Assembly (NCBI RefSeq): GCF_000260965.1
Contig: NC_017856.1
Coordinates: 1,800,001 to 1,832,000 of the forward strand
DNA from: Methylophaga frappieri
Lineage (GTDB): Bacteria; Pseudomonadota; Gammaproteobacteria; Nitrosococcales; Methylophagaceae
DNA length: 32,000 bases
Reading direction: 5' to 3'
The notes below the pieces were generated by a model, which worked only from the letters and a program-made list of their open reading frames with translations, ran no database searches and had not been told where the DNA came from. The position numbers were made by a program, and so were the translations under genes. Below are positions 27,503 through 32,000 of the stretch, in pieces (positions within the stretch are counted from its first letter, which is position 1; each line of letters opens with the position of its first letter).

Positions 27503-29152
27503 TTAAACCATAATGCCGCGAATCATGTAAAACACCATCGCCGCAATAACGGCTGCAGATGGCACGGTAATCACCCATGCCGTGACGATTTTTTTCACCA
27601 TATCACGTTTAACAAACAACGTTTTCTGTTCTTTCTTCAACACCTTTTTGGCTTTTTTGATGGCCTCTTCCTCTTCATCAATCAGCCGGTATAGTTCTGT
27701 AATACGCTGATATTCATCGACACTCTTGCCGCTTTTGCTTTGCAGACTTTTCAGCTCCTTACGTAATGCATTGAGTTGCTTTTTTTCATCTTTCAGATCG
27801 GTTTTTTCCTGACGAATCGTATTTTCCAGCTTATTGGAATCATCTAGCCACTCGCGGAGAAACCCCACGCCAAATACGCCACCAATGGCGACGTGTGTGG
27901 TAGAGATTGGCAAACCCAACTGACTGGCAATAATCACTGTCATCGCGGCAGCCATGGCAATGGCATACGCACGCATTTGATCCAGCTCGGTGATCTCCCC
28001 TCCCACGGTCCGAATCAGACGTGGCCCATAAAGACCTAATCCCAAGGCAATACCCAGTGCCCCCACGGCCATAACCCAAAAGGGGATACCAGTCTCGGCC
28101 GAAATGCCACCGGTCATAATGGCATCATTAATCGCAGCCAGTGGCCCGATTGCATTCGCCACATCGTTGGCGCCATGAGCAAAACTCAGTAAGGCAGCGG
28201 CGAAAATCAAGGGAATGGTAAATAACGTATTAACACTGTGTCGATCATTATTCATCTGCGGCAATTTATGGCGAATGTTACGTTTCACCAAGGCAAAAAC
28301 CAGTACCGCCGCAACCAATCCCGCCAGCGCGGCGCCAACAAACCCCGGTTTACTGCTCGCCTCAATACTGACCAGCGGCAACCAGTTCAATGCCCCAACA
28401 AAACTCCCCCAGACTTTCGATAAGCCTTTTAAAATCAAATAAGTCACGAAAGCCCAGGCCATCACGGCAACATAAACCGGGACCCATTTATGGGACGCAC
28501 CGATTTTATCGTCACGAAAAATGATGGTTTTTTTTATCGCCAGCAAAAAGCCCGCCGCTATCAATCCGCCCATCAGTGGCGAGACAATCCATGAGCTGAC
28601 AATCGCGATCATGGTTCCCCAGTCAACGATAGTAAAGCCGGCAGCCGCAATCCCCGCCCCCATGACACCGCCAACAATTGAGTGGGTGGTAGAAACAGGT
28701 GCACCAGCAAAAGTGGCCAAATTTAACCACAATGCGGCAGCCAATAAAGCCGCCATCATAGCCCAGACAAACTCATCGGTATTTTGACCAAAGCCTTCGA
28801 TATCAATAATGCCGTTTTTAATGGTTGAGACCACTTCACCACCGGCGATAAATGCCCCTGACGCCTCAAAAACCATCGCTATCAGAATGGCCCCCCCCAT
28901 CGTTAACGCACGGGAACCGACCGCTGGCCCCACATTGTTGGCCACATCATTGGCCCCAATATTCATTGCCATATAGGCACCAAACACCGCAGCAATGGCA
29001 AGAAACAGATTATTAGGAACACCACCACTGGTCGCAAAGCTGAACGCCAGTACTGCTGCCAAAAAGAATAAGGCCGCGCCAATTCTGGTTATTTCCGCAT
29101 GACTTTTTTTGTAGGCCTGTTTTTCGATCTTGTGAATGGTTTTAATTTCCAC
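27503..29152 (-). CDS. Inorganic phosphate transporter, PiT (PHO4) family
   Basis: 549 aa. Duplicated signature GANDVANNVGPAVGS / GANDVANAIGPLAA. A charged coiled-coil segment lies before the last TM helix. The start is a GTG immediately after an in-frame stop, so no longer N-terminus is possible. Confidence 0.9.
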   Translation of the reverse strand: MEIKTIHKIEKQAYKKSHAEITRIGAALFFLAAVLAFSFATSGGVPNNLFLAIAAVFGAYMAMNIGANDVANNVGPAVGSRALTMGGAILIAMVFEASGAFIAGGEVVSTIKNGIIDIEGFGQNTDEFVWAMMAALLAAALWLNLATFAGAPVSTTHSIVGGVMGAGIAAAGFTIVDWGTMIAIVSSWIVSPLMGGLIAAGFLLAIKKTIIFRDDKIGASHKWVPVYVAVMAWAFVTYLILKGLSKVWGSFVGALNWLPLVSIEASSKPGFVGAALAGLVAAVLVFALVKRNIRHKLPQMNNDRHSVNTLFTIPLIFAAALLSFAHGANDVANAIGPLAAINDAIMTGGISAETGIPFWVMAVGALGIALGLGLYGPRLIRTVGGEITELDQMRAYAIAMAAAMTVIIASQLGLPISTTHVAIGGVFGVGFLREWLDDSNKLENTIRQEKTDLKDEKKQLNALRKELKSLQSKSGKSVDEYQRITELYRLIDEEEEAIKKAKKVLKKEQKTLFVKRDMVKKIVTAWVITVPSAAVIAAMVFYMIRGIMV

Positions 29153-29185
29153 ACGTCACCCGTTTGCCGTAAAAATTCCGCCAAT

Positions 29186-29204
29186 TATTACAGTTTAAAG
29201 ACAA
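29186..29204 (-). promoter_or_regulatory. Pho-box-like element upstream of the PiT gene
   Basis: The minus strand reads TTGTCTTTAAACTGTAATA, with TGTCTT and TGTAAT 11 bp apart. About 15 of 19 positions match the E. coli consensus. It lies only about 34 nt from the GTG start, so the leader would be very short. Confidence 0.45.
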
Positions 29205-29287
29205 CATGGCACCCCACTCCGATCTTCATGCAACCCTGCCCTGTTACAATTGTCTGTGATTACGGGACTTAGCTGGCTTACAAAAAA

Positions 29288-31111
29288 ATGAGACGTTTTT
29301 TCTGGATTTTTTTATTGCTATCGCTGACTGCGCCGACGCAGGCGCGTGAAAGCATTCTAGAACAATTGGGATTTGGCGATCGCAATGCGCCGCCAACCGT
29401 TGATGAAGCTTTTCGCTTCAGTGCTGAAATCAGCGATGCAAACACCATTCTGCTTGGTTGGCAGATTGCGGAAGGCAATTACCTCTATAAAAATAAAATT
29501 GCCGCCCAACTTGACGCTGACAATGCAGACGTCACACTCGCTGATTTACCTCTGCCAGAGGGAGAAAACAAAGACGATGCCTATTTCGGCCTGACCGAAG
29601 TTTATCATCATGATCTGCTTCTCGATGTGCCGGTAACACGCCCACCAGAAGCACAATCGGTCATGCTGGCAGTGACTTATCAGGGGTGTTCAGAAACATT
29701 CGGTATTTGTTATCCACCGGAAACAAAAGTGATTTCATTGCAGTTGCCTGTGCTGACGACACGTCAAACCGCCAGCAAACCGGAAGCGACGGTGGCTGCT
29801 TCTGGCTCTCAGCCTGTGCCTGACCAACAAACATTGGCTGACAAGCTAGCGACGAACAATCTGCCGCAGATCCTGCTGGCATTTCTGGGGCTGGGTTTAT
29901 TGTTGTCATTGACCCCCTGTGTTTTCCCGATGATCCCTATCCTGTCAAGCATTATCGTTGGCGAAGGGCCAAATATCTCACCGCGTCGAGCTTTTGGTCT
30001 GTCGCTGGTTTACGTGCTCGCCATGTCCGTCACCTATACCATTGCCGGTGTCTTAACCGGCATGTTGGGGGTGAACCTGCAGGCCTGGTTGCAAAATCCT
30101 TGGGTCATTGGCGCATTTTGTTTAATTTTAGTTTGGCTGGCGTTGTCCATGTTTGGCTTTTACACACTGCAGCTACCCGCCAGCCTCCAGCAAAAGCTGC
30201 ACCAGATAGGGCAACAGCAACGTGGTGGCAAATGGCTGAGTGTGGCCGTCATGGGTTTGCTGTCCGGGTTAATCGTAGGACCTTGTCTGGCGCCCCCACT
30301 GGCTGGCGTATTATTGTTTATCAGTCAACAGGCGGATCCTGTTCTTGGCGGCGCAGCCCTGTTTGCACTGAGTCTGGGCATGGGCATACCTTTAATGATA
30401 CTGGGCACATCTGCAGGACATTTATTGCCGCGCGCCGGCAACTGGATGGACAGTATCAAGGCTGTGTTTGGCGTCTTGCTACTCGGGCTTGCCATCTGGA
30501 TGCTGTCACGTGTCATTCCGACCCCGGTCACCATGGCACTATGGTCAGCACTGCTGATCATCAGTGCGGCCTATCTTGGGGCGGCGCAAACTTTATCGCC
30601 ACTGGCATCAGGTTGGCAAAAATTTAAGCAAGGCGTTGGACTGCTCGTTTTGGCAAGTGGCATTATTCTGTTACTGGGCGTGGCCAGCGGTGGGCAGTCT
30701 GTATTGAAACCATTACAACACTGGTTTTCAACAGAAACAGGCAGTGAAGCGAAAACACTGCAATTTACGCTTGTGGACAGTCCGGAATCCCTGCAAAAAA
30801 TGCTGGCAACCACGGCACAACCTGTGATGCTCGATTTTTATGCTGACTGGTGTACTGACTGTAAAAATATGGAACAAACCACTTTTCGTGATAAGTCGGT
30901 GCAACAGGCTTTATCCGGTTACACCTTGCTCAAGGTAGATATGACCGATAATACCCCTGCCCATCAGGCTATTTTGAAACAATTGAAAGTGTTCGGCCCA
31001 CCTACCTTGGTTTTCTACGATGCTAATGGGCAAGAGTATGCTGGGCAGCGACTGATTGGCCATGTATCCGCGTCCGAGATGCAGACCCATCTTGCCCAGA
31101 TCAATCGCTGA
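29288..31111 (+). CDS. dsbD: Thiol:disulfide interchange protein DsbD
   Basis: 607 aa. The N-terminal domain has YQGCSETFGICYPP. The central CcdA-like TM domain has TPCVFPMIP and VGPCLAPPL. The C-terminal thioredoxin domain has WCTDCK. Confidence 0.95.
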   Translation: MRRFFWIFLLLSLTAPTQARESILEQLGFGDRNAPPTVDEAFRFSAEISDANTILLGWQIAEGNYLYKNKIAAQLDADNADVTLADLPLPEGENKDDAYFGLTEVYHHDLLLDVPVTRPPEAQSVMLAVTYQGCSETFGICYPPETKVISLQLPVLTTRQTASKPEATVAASGSQPVPDQQTLADKLATNNLPQILLAFLGLGLLLSLTPCVFPMIPILSSIIVGEGPNISPRRAFGLSLVYVLAMSVTYTIAGVLTGMLGVNLQAWLQNPWVIGAFCLILVWLALSMFGFYTLQLPASLQQKLHQIGQQQRGGKWLSVAVMGLLSGLIVGPCLAPPLAGVLLFISQQADPVLGGAALFALSLGMGIPLMILGTSAGHLLPRAGNWMDSIKAVFGVLLLGLAIWMLSRVIPTPVTMALWSALLIISAAYLGAAQTLSPLASGWQKFKQGVGLLVLASGIILLLGVASGGQSVLKPLQHWFSTETGSEAKTLQFTLVDSPESLQKMLATTAQPVMLDFYADWCTDCKNMEQTTFRDKSVQQALSGYTLLKVDMTDNTPAHQAILKQLKVFGPPTLVFYDANGQEYAGQRLIGHVSASEMQTHLAQINR

Positions 31112-31256
31112 CGCCTGGTTTGTAAATGCCATTAAAAAAACCCTATTTGGACGTTATTTTCGGTAATTTTGTGGCTATTTTCTAAAAAACTGGACTTTTT
31201 ACCGGCGTCTGGTGCAAAATCGCTGACCAAGTCACCGAACACAGGCAGCCGCCTCC

Positions 31257-31697
31257 ATGAAGAATGTTTTAGTGCTACATGGCCCCAATCTGAATTTACT
31301 GGGACAGCGTGAGCCTGACATCTATGGCGCGACCACGCTCAATGATATTAATGCGTATCTGACACAACAAGCAGAAGCCGCAGATTGCCAGCTGACCACA
31401 TTGCAAAGCAATGCTGAGACTGCGTTGATTGAGGCGATCCATAACGCCCGTACTAGCGTCGATTTTATTATCATCAATCCAGCCGCATTTACCCATACCA
31501 GTGTGGCGCTGCGTGACGCGCTGGCGGCGGTTGCCATTCCGTTTATTGAAGTACATCTTTCCAATGTGCATCGTCGTGAGACGTTTAGGCATCATTCCTA
31601 CTTTTCGGATCTGGCTGTCGGTGTCATTTGTGGGTTGGGTGCACAAGGATATGAATTGGCATTGCAAGCCGCCATTAGTCATTTAAATAAAGGTTAA
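31257..31697 (+). CDS. aroQ: Type II 3-dehydroquinate dehydratase
   Basis: 146 aa. Motifs [30 protein letters not shown] and HLSNVHRRE. Conserved aroQ-accB order. Confidence 0.96.
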   Translation: MKNVLVLHGPNLNLLGQREPDIYGATTLNDINAYLTQQAEAADCQLTTLQSNAETALIEAIHNARTSVDFIIINPAAFTHTSVALRDALAAVAIPFIEVHLSNVHRRETFRHHSYFSDLAVGVICGLGAQGYELALQAAISHLNKG

Positions 31698-31700
31698 TCC

Positions 31701-32000
31701 ATGGATATTCGTAAAATTAAAAAATTGATTGATCTGATTCAGGAATCGGATGTCGCTGAAATTGAAATTTCCGAGGGCGAAGAATCCGTCCGAATCAGCC
31801 GCCAAAGCAGCGCACAACCATATTACGCGCCGCAACCTGCACCAACCACTGTATCGATTCCATCAACGCCACCTGCCGCTGCGGACACGACACCGGCACC
31901 CACTGCTGCGCCGTCCGCCAATCATGATGCCAATGCGGTTCGCTCGCCTATGGTTGGCACGTTTTATCGCTCCTCCTCACCAGAGGCATCACCCTTTGTT
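31701..32000 (+). CDS. accB: Biotin carboxyl carrier protein of acetyl-CoA carboxylase (N-terminal 100 codons; gene runs off the right edge)
   Basis: Hand translation: [37 protein letters not shown]..., then a Pro/Ala-rich linker, then ...[21 protein letters not shown]. This is the canonical AccB N-terminus, linker and start of the biotinyl domain. Confidence 0.93.
   Translation, partial: MDIRKIKKLIDLIQESDVAEIEISEGEESVRISRQSSAQPYYAPQPAPTTVSIPSTPPAAADTTPAPTAAPSANHDANAVRSPMVGTFYRSSSPEASPFV

Noticed and set aside
27480-27506. Eight-codon plus-strand mini-ORF (MTWDDDAT) overlapping the PiT stop codon.
   Set aside because: It is too short, has no SD, and nothing suggests it is translated. It is probably a by-product of the TGTCAT/ATGACA repeats.
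29241-29259. CTGTTACAATTGTCTGTGA upstream of dsbD, containing the 8-bp palindrome ACAATTGT; considered as a Pho box.
   Set aside because: The half-site spacing is 9 bp rather than 11. It may be an unrelated operator, but a single 8-bp palindrome is expected by chance.

Overview
This window looks like gammaproteobacterial chromosome, roughly 47-48% GC by eye. The dsbD-aroQ-accB synteny, the long Pseudomonas-type PstC/PstA and a 506-aa Ppx suggest a Pseudomonadales/Oceanospirillales-like organism; that taxon call is inference only. I call 31 protein genes, 26 of them on the minus strand, densely packed and often with 1-4 nt overlaps.

Block 1 (1-8.0 kb) is core housekeeping: a partial M48 lipoprotein peptidase, rpmE, a class I SAM methyltransferase, trkH, and the classical lnt-corC-ybeY-ybeZ-miaB string.

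Block 2 (8.2-16.9 kb) is less conserved. It holds a DUF1840 plus small lipoprotein pair, radC, and a PepSY-TM/DUF3649-like/DUF3325-like membrane operon. thyA follows. Next comes a sensor-less AAA+ enhancer-binding-type regulator whose GAFTGA loop is missing. Its start is coupled through an ATGA overlap to a CcdA/DsbD_2-type membrane protein with a His-rich tail. Divergent from these is an OprC/NosA-like TonB-dependent receptor carrying CxxxM and HxM motifs.

Block 3 (16.9-29.2 kb) is one contiguous phosphate super-cluster: ppx, phoU-pstB-pstA-pstC, pstS, phoR-phoB and a PiT transporter. 11-bp-phased Pho boxes are readable in front of pstS, phoB and pit. The window ends with dsbD, aroQ and the start of accB.

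I saw no rRNA, tRNA, CRISPR array, transposase, integrase or phage genes, and no clear-cut defence-type novel system. The best candidate for an undescribed system is the metal (probably copper) module at 12.8-16.9 kb, possibly together with the PepSY operon at 9.7-11.8 kb. Its parts have recognisable folds. The combination, the loss of the sigma54-contact loop and the His-rich segments on three envelope proteins are not explained by a textbook pathway.

All family assignments come from motif recognition by eye; no database search was run.
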